DNA of 64,000 nucleotides from Schizochytrium sp. TIO01 (taxonomy: Eukaryota; Protista; Bigyra: Labyrinthulomycetes), in NCBI GenBank assembly GCA_004764695.1, contig SMSO01000035.1, positions 3,732,040 through 3,796,039 on the forward strand. The letters are read 5' to 3'. How positions within the stretch are numbered: the stretch's first letter is position 1; each line of letters opens with the position of its first letter. Positions 50,720 to 60,480 of the stretch are shown here, piece by piece. The translations under genes and the position numbers were made by a program. The notes under the pieces are model-generated. The model saw nothing but the letters and a program-made list of their open reading frames with translations, was not told where the DNA came from and ran no database searches.

Positions 50720-50739
50720 TGAATATCCAGGAATGTTCA
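50720..50739. promoter_or_regulatory. Four-unit heat-shock element (one mismatch) upstream of DnaJ copy 2
   Basis: tGAAtaTCCagGAAtgTTCa, 175 bp upstream of the ATG at 50545. Confidence 0.7.
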
Positions 50740-51922
50740 AGCACCTAGACACTACCAAGTTAGTCCTAATCTTCAGAAAAAGACTGCTTTATCACTGGCC
50801 ACCCTTAAGGACCATATGCTTTCCACTCATGGTGGTGTCAGCGCATCGATTTGCCTGCTTAGCTAGTGCCTATCCTCAGGCTCTTTCTTCCCAAGCAGAA
50901 CTGAGATCCCCGAGTTCAGGTATACATCGACTTCAAGTCTCGAGCACAAACGTAAAGGCCATGGCGAGGAAGAGTAGACTCTGCTTGTGAAACCTACCAG
51001 CCTCAGAGATATACACACGAGGGCCTCGATTGTGTTGATTGCTTTTCCGCTGCGTTCTCTCCCGCGTTCTCCGCCTCGTTCCCCCAAACTTCCGCAGTGC
51101 CTCACCTAGTGTACCTCCTACTCTAAACCATAGCTAGCCCCTTTTGAAATCCCGCAGCTTCGTCCCCCCTGTTCCCGCTTCTGCAAAGATGGGTCTCAGG
51201 CGACCTGGAGCCATCGAGAGACGAATTGAGGATGGGAATGTGCTGCCAAATGCGCTTTCCGTCCAAGGTTATGTCTCCATCATAGATTGCGTCCAGGAAA
51301 GGCGCTAAGAGTTAAGATGCGCACAAGGTCGGTTTCGATTCGATGATGGCAGTGAAGTTTGGCGGCGAAAGCAGCAGAGGCTCAAGCTTGAGGCTGAGAT
51401 TTACAACTACTTCAGGCACGCTTCTACGAGAAGCATCCTTTGTACTTCATCTGAACTGCGTTGATCGAGACTGGTTTCGTTTTGATGATCGTGGCGAAAG
51501 CACCCACTGCGCGAAGTTAAGCACGCGTAGCCTGTAGGTCCCTAGCAGCGAATGGCGGACGAGCGATGGATTAGCATTTCACCTCTAGTGCCACACCCGA
51601 AAGCAGCAGAACCTGCTGGGCTTGCCTAGGCTTGCGTTGGCAGATTGATTCACGCCGAGGAAGAATCTCGCAGAAGCATTGCCAGTTGCTAGCCTTTGAA
51701 CTCCATTCTGCTGAGAACTTGAGGAGGCTACACGTCTTGTAGAATCAGGTGCAGACTGACTGCTAAGAACCAGTACAAAGTAGGTAGGTATGTATGTAGG
51801 TAGGTAGGTGGGTAGTAACGAGGGAACTGGCCAGCTCAGAGTGGCACTGCAAACCCGAAATCACATTGACTGCCTAATCTGGAAACTCGTATCGTTGGGA
51901 TTTGCTTGCATACAGATAGACG

Positions 51923-54706
51923 ATGACAGATCCTGCAGGCTGGTCTGATGAGACGTCCAAGGTGATCAATGCCGCGCATGACGCTGCAGTGAACCATGGT
52001 CACTCTCAGCTCACACCAGCTGTTGTGGCGCAAACGATGCTCGAAAATTCTAATTCTCTCTCTGCAAGGCTAGTGGACCGAGCTGGCGGAGATCGTGCAT
52101 CCCTGCTTCATGAAATCACAATGATGGTCACCAAAATGCCGTCTCAGAGTCCAGCACCTCAACAACTTTCGCCTTCAAGTGGACTCCTGAGCGTGTTGCG
52201 AGCAGCGGATAATTTTAAAAAGAAACAAGGTGACTCATTTCTCACCCTCGACAGCCTCCTCAAGGCCCTTGCTAACGACTCCACGCTCAAGACTGCCTTT
52301 AAAACGGCGGGTCTGACACCTAGTAAGATCGAAGAAGCTGCTAAGGCTGCCCGCGGCACGAGCAACCGCCAGGTGCACACACGCAGTGGTGAACAGAACT
52401 TCGAGGCCCTCGCCAAGTACGGACGGGACCTCACACAGGATGCTATGGACGGAAAACTCGACCCTGTCATTGGACGCGACCGTGAAGTTGCACGTCTTGT
52501 ACAAATCCTCTCCCGTAAGACAAAATCCAACGCAATCCTCGTCGGCCCACCCGGTGTTGGTAAGACTGCCATATGTACTATGTTTGCCATGCGTATTGTT
52601 CAAGGTGATGTACCAGAGTCTATCGCGAGCTGCAAACTCTGGGAACTCGATGTTGCAGCACTCTTGGCTGGTGCTTCGCACCGTGGTGAATTCGAGGAGA
52701 GACTCAAGTCTGTACTCAAGGAAATCGAGGACTCCAACGGCCAGATCATCCTCTTTGTTGATGAAGTCCATCTTCTCATGGGCGCCGGTGGTGGTCAAGG
52801 TGCAGCAGATGCAGCCAACATTCTCAAACCTGCTCTTGCCCGTGGTCTCAAGTGTATTGGCGCCACCACACTCGATGAGTACCAAAAGCACATCGAGAAG
52901 GACAAGGCGTTCTCACGTCGATTTCAGAAGGTCGATGTGCTGGAGCCCAGCGTAGAGGACACTGTCTCTATTCTTCGCGGAATCAAGGACAGCTATCAGT
53001 CACACCATGGTGTAACGATTCAAGATGCAGCTGTGGTTCTGGCTGCCAAGCTTGCGAAGCGTTACGTGACTCAGCGCCGTTTGCCGGACTCAGCTATCGA
53101 TTTGTTGGATGAGGCAGCTGCTCATGTACGTGTACAGCTCGACTCTCAGCCTGAAGAGATTGATCAGCTGGAGCGTCGTAAGCTTCAGCTGGAGGTTGAG
53201 GAGACCGCGCTCAAGCAGGAGAAAGATAAGGCTAGCAAGCAAAGGCTAAAACAGTGCCAGAAGGAGCTCAGTCAAATTGATGAAGAATTGCGACCTCTTC
53301 GCTTACGCCATGCTGAAGAAAAGGAGCGTGTAGACGAGCTTCGTCGTCTTCGTAATAAGATCAAGGAGGTACACCAGAAGATTGCACAAGCTGAGCGTGA
53401 TCGGGACTTGACTCGAGTTGCTGACCTTCGCTATGGTGCCATTCCAGAGCTCGAAGGTCAACTGGAGCGACTCACCGTAGAGGATGCCAAGCGTAAGCGT
53501 GAGCAAGCCGACACTCGTCTTCTCACGGAGATCATCGGGCCTCAGGATATTGCAATGGTAGTAAGTCGCTGGACTGGCATTCCTGTAGACCGTCTGCAGA
53601 GCTCCGAGTCTGAGAAGCTTCTTAAACTTGCAGACCGTCTGAAGACTCGTGTGATTGGTCAAGACACTGCGATTAACGCCGTTGCCGATAGTATTATTCG
53701 TGCACGCGCTGGCCTCGCTCCGGAGACTCGTCCTATTGCCAGCTTTCTGTTCCTGGGCCCTACAGGTGTGGGTAAGACTGAGTCTGTGAAGGCATTGGCT
53801 CAGGAACTCTTCGATGATCCCAACAGTATGGTTCGCATTGACATGTCAGAGTACATGGAGAAGCACGCTGTTTCTCGTTTGGTTGGTGCAGCGCCCGGCT
53901 ATGTAGGCTACGAGGAAGGTGGTCAGTTAACAGAGGCTGTAAAGCGTCGCCCATACACCGTGGTCCTTCTTGATGAGGTGGAGAAGGCTCACCGGGATGT
54001 ATTCAATGTACTTCTTCAAGTGTTGGACGATGGACGTCTTACGGATGGTCAAGGAACGTTGGTAGACTTTCGGAACACGATCATTATCATGACCTCGAAC
54101 ATTGGAAGTCAGTATTTAATTGATGCCGCCGCTCACGAGGCCACTCGCAAGCGTCGTCGCGTTTCGAAAGATCGGCCGGAAGCAGATTCTGACTCTGATG
54201 AAGCTTCCCAAGATACAGATCAAGCGAAAGAGCTTGTTATGCGAGATGTGCGCTCTCATTTTCGCCCCGAGTTGCTGAACCGTTTAGATGATATCATTGT
54301 CTTTGAACCTTTGGCGCAGTCACAACTTCATGCAATTGCCCAGCAGCAACTCAGTATTTTGACAAGACAGCTCAAGACTGATCGCAATATTGCTGTCTTT
54401 GCCACGCGAAATGCGCTCGACTTTATCGTTGAGGTGGCTTATGATCCAGCGTATGGCGCACGCCCGTTGCGCAGGTGGCTTGAACGTCATATTGGTACTG
54501 ATATTGGTCGCCTTGTTCTGTCGGGGGCAATTGCAGATTCTTCTACGGTCACTGTTGCTATGAAGGATGAACCAAAGTCTTCAAGTAAAGTGAGCAAAGT
54601 GATTTCCTCAACGATGACATCTAAGCTGCGCTACGAAATTGCGATGGGCATTACTGATGATGAGATGATGGATACGAGTTCTCAAAGTTCTATGAGTACT
54701 ATCTAA
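51923..54706 (+). CDS. HSP104: Hsp104/Hsp101/ClpB disaggregase, copy 2 (927 aa)
   Basis: Same motifs as copy 1, with divergent N- and C-termini. Confidence 0.97.
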   Translation: MTDPAGWSDETSKVINAAHDAAVNHGHSQLTPAVVAQTMLENSNSLSARLVDRAGGDRASLLHEITMMVTKMPSQSPAPQQLSPSSGLLSVLRAADNFKKKQGDSFLTLDSLLKALANDSTLKTAFKTAGLTPSKIEEAAKAARGTSNRQVHTRSGEQNFEALAKYGRDLTQDAMDGKLDPVIGRDREVARLVQILSRKTKSNAILVGPPGVGKTAICTMFAMRIVQGDVPESIASCKLWELDVAALLAGASHRGEFEERLKSVLKEIEDSNGQIILFVDEVHLLMGAGGGQGAADAANILKPALARGLKCIGATTLDEYQKHIEKDKAFSRRFQKVDVLEPSVEDTVSILRGIKDSYQSHHGVTIQDAAVVLAAKLAKRYVTQRRLPDSAIDLLDEAAAHVRVQLDSQPEEIDQLERRKLQLEVEETALKQEKDKASKQRLKQCQKELSQIDEELRPLRLRHAEEKERVDELRRLRNKIKEVHQKIAQAERDRDLTRVADLRYGAIPELEGQLERLTVEDAKRKREQADTRLLTEIIGPQDIAMVVSRWTGIPVDRLQSSESEKLLKLADRLKTRVIGQDTAINAVADSIIRARAGLAPETRPIASFLFLGPTGVGKTESVKALAQELFDDPNSMVRIDMSEYMEKHAVSRLVGAAPGYVGYEEGGQLTEAVKRRPYTVVLLDEVEKAHRDVFNVLLQVLDDGRLTDGQGTLVDFRNTIIIMTSNIGSQYLIDAAAHEATRKRRRVSKDRPEADSDSDEASQDTDQAKELVMRDVRSHFRPELLNRLDDIIVFEPLAQSQLHAIAQQQLSILTRQLKTDRNIAVFATRNALDFIVEVAYDPAYGARPLRRWLERHIGTDIGRLVLSGAIADSSTVTVAMKDEPKSSSKVSKVISSTMTSKLRYEIAMGITDDEMMDTSSQSSMSTI

Positions 54707-55044
54707 GCTAACGTTGGCGCTTCTCTAGGCTGTTGCTGAACTATTAAAAAGAATTATTTTATAAGAATTATTGCTGTTGGAGTTGACTCAGTTTGCTTGC
54801 AAGCCAAACAAATACCGCATAGTATGGGGATAAAATTTTGAAAATAGGGCAAGCGTTAGTGAAAGAAACACCGTTCAAAGTGCGCGGACACGAACAAGCT
54901 TGTAAGCCTTCGTATACTTATCGACGAGTTGTCGAACTTTTTGATGTTATCGCGCATATGTCTTATCATATTGGATTTCCAAAGATTTAAGATAAGGCGG
55001 TACTTGGACCAATGTACAAAAAAGGAGAAATCAACAAAATCAAT

Positions 55045-57231
55045 CTAGCGACGGTACCTGGGCTTCTTGAGTTGAAAGTTGAGGTGAAGGATACCCCGTT
55101 CAAACGAGTTAAAGAAGCCTTGTTTGCGGCGAACACGCCATTCTCGGTTAACAATCTTGAAAGCAATGTCCAGGTAAGGGGGTCCTGCCTTGAAACGCAA
55201 AATTGCATAATCAGGGTCCTCAGGATATGGAAGCACCTTGTAAGTTGGTGCCTTGGACCTATCAATAAGCTCAGTGTAGTCAAGACGAAACTTGTAACCT
55301 TGGACCACCTTTGGCGGTGGGTTTTCTTTGTCATAATGGGTTTTGTTGTACTTGTTCCATTCGTATCCAGTGCGCACCTTGTTGAAGTATCTTGGTTTTC
55401 GTGGTTCATAACGAGCAAACCACGGCTGAATCTCGCGAGGCAGAGGTATTTCATCACGTTCTGACATGAACTTAAGAACGTCAACCTCGTCAGCATCATC
55501 ATCTTTTCCAAATCTAGCAGATCTATGAGGGGTTTTGAGCTTCGCTGCTGCAGCTGCTGGGGAGGAAGAAAAGTACACCAATTCGGCATTACGCTCTCGC
55601 TCCTTGTCCAAAACCTCGAGGCGAAGCTTATGGCGAGCCAGGCGGTCTTGGGACTCATCAATGGTTGTTCCAATGTAAGGCTCATCACGAGGGCGAAAAT
55701 GAGACTCGTCAAGCTTAACAATTTCTTGGCGCCGCCGACGCTCTGCTTCTTCAGCTTCACGACGTTTCTCTTCAGCCTCTTTTCTGGCTTGAGCTGCAGA
55801 GTCACGTTCAGCTTGGCGTGCCTCGGCAGCATCAAGGCCGAGTTTACTAAGAAGCTCTTCGTTGTGACGAGCACTCTGGCTTTTGGCCAGGCTTACAGCA
55901 AGCTCTTCCAATACTTTTTCCCAATATGCGTCATCTCCAAGGCCTTTGCCGATACGATTATTTTGGATGTCTGTACGTAGTGCAATAAGCTCGTTTTCAG
56001 TTTTTCCATGCAACAGGGTATCAATACGAGCATCAAAAATTTTCTCGCCCCTCATTTTTGATAGAATGTCATCCATGATCACAAGGATAACTTGCCAGAA
56101 TTCTGAATTCAGCTCGCTCTTGATGAAGCGGTCCGCCACCTCACGAGCCTTCGCCAGATCTTGCTGTGAGGCACGGTCAATGATATCTGCTGGGTTCTGC
56201 AAATTGGGTTTGACAGAGTCCTTGAGATGCAGACCTTCTGCGAGCTCCTCAGCATCGTTTGTTTCTTCGACAAGAAGGGTATTCATGTACAACTTATCAA
56301 TTAGTTGTGCACGGTGGTTAAGCAGGCGAAGCCTGCTGCGATTCTTTTCTTGCATTCGATCAAAAGCCTCGTCTTTATCCTCCCAGGTACCATAAAGCTC
56401 AATTTCACGTTGAGCTTGCTTCTCGTCGCGGAGTTTTTGAAAGGCTTCTTGGTCAATAATCCGCTGTTGTCGGCGCTGGCGGACCTCCTCAAGCTCACGA
56501 ATGCGATCTTGCATATCCCTGTTGCGTCGCAAACTTCTGTCCACATCATCTCCTCTACGCCGTGATGCGCTTGAACCTATAGATGAATCAGAGGATGACC
56601 CTGAACGAGAATCCGAATCACTGTCACCCCTGCGTCTGGACTTCTTGCCTTGTTTTCGGTCCTTCGATGACGAAGATTTGTGACGACTGCTACTCTTTTT
56701 ACGTTTCTCACGTTCTTCGAGCTGGTTCTTCTTTTTCCAGACAAATTGTTTTGTGAGCTCATTATCTCCAAAAGGGTTATCCTCATTCGAGTATCCCAGC
56801 ATTTGCACAAGTTGCTTTGATCTTTCGTCCACACCCTCACTAGCCTCGCTCATATACTCTTCATCACCATCTCTATCCCGTTTATGTTTCCTGCTCTTCT
56901 TATGCTTCCTGTGTTTCTTCGTTTTCTTCGATGATGGTGAAGAAGATCGCCTTGAAGATTTCTTAGATCTACGTCTTCTTGAGTCTTCAGAATCATCGGA
57001 ATCTTCGGAGTTTCTGTCGCGACGACTTCTTTTGCTGCGTTTTCTTGAGCTGTCCTCTTTCTTCAGGTCCTTCTTAGAACCCCGCTTGCGATCCCTTCGC
57101 ATATCAGCAGAGGATCGACTGTCATCAGATTCTGACTCAGAGTCGGAGTCGTCTCGCCGCCGGCTGCTGCGACGTCGCTTCCGTTCGCGACGGTCATCAG
57201 AGTCATACGAATCCTTGCGGCTCCGCGCCAT
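55045..57231 (-). CDS. CACTIN: Splicing factor Cactin
   Basis: RS/K-rich N-terminus, 'GYSNEDNPFGDNELTKQFVWKKK', and C-terminal 'KPRYFNKVRTGYEWNKYNKTHYDKENPPPKVVQGYKF...AGPPYLDIAFKIVNREW...RYRR'. Confidence 0.96.
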   Translation of the reverse strand: MARSRKDSYDSDDRRERKRRRSSRRRDDSDSESESDDSRSSADMRRDRKRGSKKDLKKEDSSRKRSKRSRRDRNSEDSDDSEDSRRRRSKKSSRRSSSPSSKKTKKHRKHKKSRKHKRDRDGDEEYMSEASEGVDERSKQLVQMLGYSNEDNPFGDNELTKQFVWKKKNQLEEREKRKKSSSRHKSSSSKDRKQGKKSRRRGDSDSDSRSGSSSDSSIGSSASRRRGDDVDRSLRRNRDMQDRIRELEEVRQRRQQRIIDQEAFQKLRDEKQAQREIELYGTWEDKDEAFDRMQEKNRSRLRLLNHRAQLIDKLYMNTLLVEETNDAEELAEGLHLKDSVKPNLQNPADIIDRASQQDLAKAREVADRFIKSELNSEFWQVILVIMDDILSKMRGEKIFDARIDTLLHGKTENELIALRTDIQNNRIGKGLGDDAYWEKVLEELAVSLAKSQSARHNEELLSKLGLDAAEARQAERDSAAQARKEAEEKRREAEEAERRRRQEIVKLDESHFRPRDEPYIGTTIDESQDRLARHKLRLEVLDKERERNAELVYFSSSPAAAAAKLKTPHRSARFGKDDDADEVDVLKFMSERDEIPLPREIQPWFARYEPRKPRYFNKVRTGYEWNKYNKTHYDKENPPPKVVQGYKFRLDYTELIDRSKAPTYKVLPYPEDPDYAILRFKAGPPYLDIAFKIVNREWRVRRKQGFFNSFERGILHLNFQLKKPRYRR

Positions 57232-58494
57232 CGTGGCAGAACGAGCTTACTCGTCCTCGAGCGGCCCCGCTTTAATACTTCACCAAGACAGCGACAACTT
57301 CAGCGCTCTTCGCAGAGCCACCAACGGCGACCACGAAGAACAAGATCTGGTTTGCCTTAATTCGCTTTGGTCTGAGATGTGCTTTGTGATTGATTTACAA
57401 GTAAAGTTGGAAAACCATCGAATAAGATGGCCAGTGAAACAAAGAGAACTCTTAAAGTGAAGTATCGATATTGAAACAGTGAACTATAAAGCAGTTACAA
57501 TAGAGTTTAGAAAACTACTATAGTAGACAATTAAGCCTATTCCATTTCACTTGAGGACTGGAGAGTGTTGGAATCGAAGGGAAGATGAATTGGAATTGGA
57601 ATTGAACTTGTTCGGCGGATATCTCGAAAAGGAGTTCGTAAAGTCGAGGAAGAGCATATGATGCAGGCACATAACATTAAAACCTTCGTCTTTTTCATGG
57701 CCTCTCCAACTGCCAAAACATATAAAACAGGGATTATGTGCTGGTATGCTAAACATACTTGCGAAAGAGGCAATTGTATGCTCTAGACTAATGTACATGG
57801 CAACGTCAAAGTCAGGATAAATGGGCGGCGGCGAAACGAAGAAACTTTAAGACCGGCTTGTAAAGAGTGCAAATGACAAGTATGGTGGCTTGCTCCTCTT
57901 CGTCGTCTCGCTGCCAGATTTCACTGTCCTCCACATCTTCGAGCAAGTTCCCAAGACCACCACAATCGTTCCACATTTCAATTGCCCCATTCACGCCTCG
58001 TATAGTTTTCCATGAGATACCCCTATCCGCGCCCCACATTACTTTTTCCCGCCTCATCCGCTAAATTCATCCCCAAATTAGATTGTGGCACATGTTTCCT
58101 GCGCTTCGGTCAAGTAAGCCCAGCAAACTATATGGTTATAGCTGTGCAGGACTCCGGTTTGCAGAAGCAGTCTGTCGCACCATCGATCTGCGAGACACCG
58201 TCAACGAGCAGAATAGAGAATAAAGGAGCTCGTGCCTCAAAATATGTACTTTGCAAAGTACTATTCTCGATTTAGCATTATCCCTAGAACTCTGAAAGTA
58301 AAACAAAACTTTTTTCTTCTTTTCCTCAACTTCCATCGACACCAGAAATGGAAATCGTCATCCAATTGTGAAACCAAACACAATTCAATTCCATTCGACT
58401 CAGTTCCAACCTACTTCATCTTCGCTCCGCTTCACTCCGCCAAAGTCCACACGGGGTCTCTGCAGACGCTCTCTAGAGCAGACCAGCATAAGCG

Positions 58495-59797
58495 ATGGAA
58501 GCCCCCTCTGGTAGTGAAGCCAGAGATGCTGCAATGACAACGAGAGATGGTGCGCAAGGCGTCAGCGCTGCAGAAGCTCTCGCAGAAGGTGACTTTGGAC
58601 GCGTGGTGCATGTCCTTTTCAGACACGGTGCGCGTGGACCAAGCCTGAATGCATGCAAAGCTTTGGGAGGAGGTCCCGTGGCATCATCGTGGGCAGAGGA
58701 GGAGCTCGAGGAGCTCACGCCTCACGGACTAGACCAGTGCGAAGCACTCGGCAGGTTCTTTGGAGAGGCGCTTGCGGCAAAAGGCTTTGGGAAAGACACA
58801 AAAAGCGAGGTTTCAAGCGATGTTGACAATGAGGGCAGAAGAGTAAAGGTCACGTGGCACTCGAGTCCTATTGATAGGACAATTGCTAGTGGAAAGGCAT
58901 TTTTGAAGGGCATGGCACGTGCAGGTGTTATCACGGACGAGGACGGCGAAATTGCTGCTGATAACGATCCTGATGCTAGCTCTGTGCATTATGGCGTTGG
59001 TAGTGATGAAGGAGGTGCCAGGGATGAAGAAATGGTGCACAAACTGTTTCCGGAGCCAGAACCTGTGGATCAGCATGATTCTATGATGTTATACAGAGGG
59101 TTTGTTGAGGTTCCTGAGTACACGGAAGCGGTTGCAAAGATGCGTCGCGGAGAAGAATTCGGCGAAGCTGGGAAGGATGCCAAGAATAAATTGGAGCGCG
59201 TGAAGCCGTCTCTCTCTGATCTTTTTGACTCATGGGCTGCGCGTATTAACATTACAACTTATCTTGAGGAGATCATGGATTGTGAAGCGGCGAGGGAAGC
59301 CGGGTAAACCTCGTCCACTCACCGAGCTTAACTCCCCTGAAGTCAGGCGTGATGTTGAGGAGTTAGCACACTGGTGTTGGAGTAAGCGATTCTTCCAGGT
59401 TGAGGAGGCTAAGTCTCTCGCTGCGCCTTTGTATGCATACATTCAGTCAACCTTCGCTGCTGCTGCTGATGCTGAAAATGGTGGCAGCGAGGGTCCTTCC
59501 TCCACAGATGAGGAGACACCTAACAAGACTTCAATGGACAAGGATAGCTTCCAAGACGTAGTTCCTAACGAAGGCAATGGCTCAGTTGCACCACTCCACA
59601 TCTATGTACACTCTGTGCATGACTATTCTATCCTGCTGCTTTTGCAGCAACTCGGCTTAAGTGAGTATCCTGATGGGCCTACGCTGGGCTATGGAGGATA
59701 TTTAGTCCTTGGCTCAAGCGGCAAGCAAATTCTTAACTGTCGACCATTCTCTGGCCGTGATCTCTCCGTTAGCACACAACATAGCACATCAATCTAA
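58495..59797 (+). CDS. Histidine acid phosphatase (branch 2), split by a +1 frame change at ~59304 (43-nt intron 59304-59346 or a frameshift)
   Basis: ORF1 has RHGARGP and 'LTPHG..Q..LG', 'SSPIDRTIASG'. The overlapping +1 ORF carries the catalytic 'HSVHDYSI'. Confidence 0.8.
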
Positions 59798-60224
59798 TCT
59801 AGGCAGATGTTTATCATATGGCAAGAACACAATGCCTTGTGTAGACTACATTCCAAGCAAATCATAGCCGATTCGGACCCTGTGCGTTTAAACCTTATAT
59901 ATATATATGCGCTGAGGAATTCATAGATAGATAAGTCAAACTTTTCTCTTCTCGTCAAACGTAGAAGATCTGACACATCCTTTTATAGGACAGATTGTGT
60001 TGTTCTTGTGTTTGTTTTCAAATGCGATTATCCTCCTAGTTGCAATTACGATGGAAAATCATGGGAAGGGGTGAGAGAGGTGTTTAGGTTGAAAAAGCAT
60101 GTCGGGATTTTTGATCAGACAAGCTCTCACTTATCATTCATCGTAAATTTGAAGAAAAGGCGAAGCTTCCTCTCTAGATGCAGTACGCTTTCCTACGACT
60201 CTTCTTGAAAAGCAATATAGGAGG

Positions 60225-60480
60225 TAAGTTGTGGAGTCTCCGATTGAAACGACTTAATTAAAGACGAGAATTATAGAGGAGATATCTTTAAATTGTTTTA
60301 ACTGCACTTATTGTTGTAAGGGCAATCATGAAATATCTGAAACACCAGATACGTTTTGGAGCCTCCGATTAAAACGATTCCATCGAAGACGAGAATTACA
60401 AAATTTTAAAAGCTCTCAAGCTTTCTTTCGTTTCCGTCTTTGTTGGAAGTGTAATAATGAAAGATCTTCAGATAGTCACA
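60225..60480 (-). pseudogene. Two degenerate ~125-bp tandem units, possibly a decayed FNIP/LRR-repeat gene
   Basis: 'ggagtctccgattgaaacgac..aagacgagaatta' vs 'ggagcctccgattaaaacgat..aagacgagaatta'. The minus strand reads ILVF../RFNRRL.N twice, with stops and frameshifts. Confidence 0.35.

Noticed and set aside
57540-58060. RING-like 'CFICF..CLHH' and acidic fragments between Cactin and the phosphatase
   Set aside because: Short, non-contiguous frames with an incomplete ligand set; cannot be supported.
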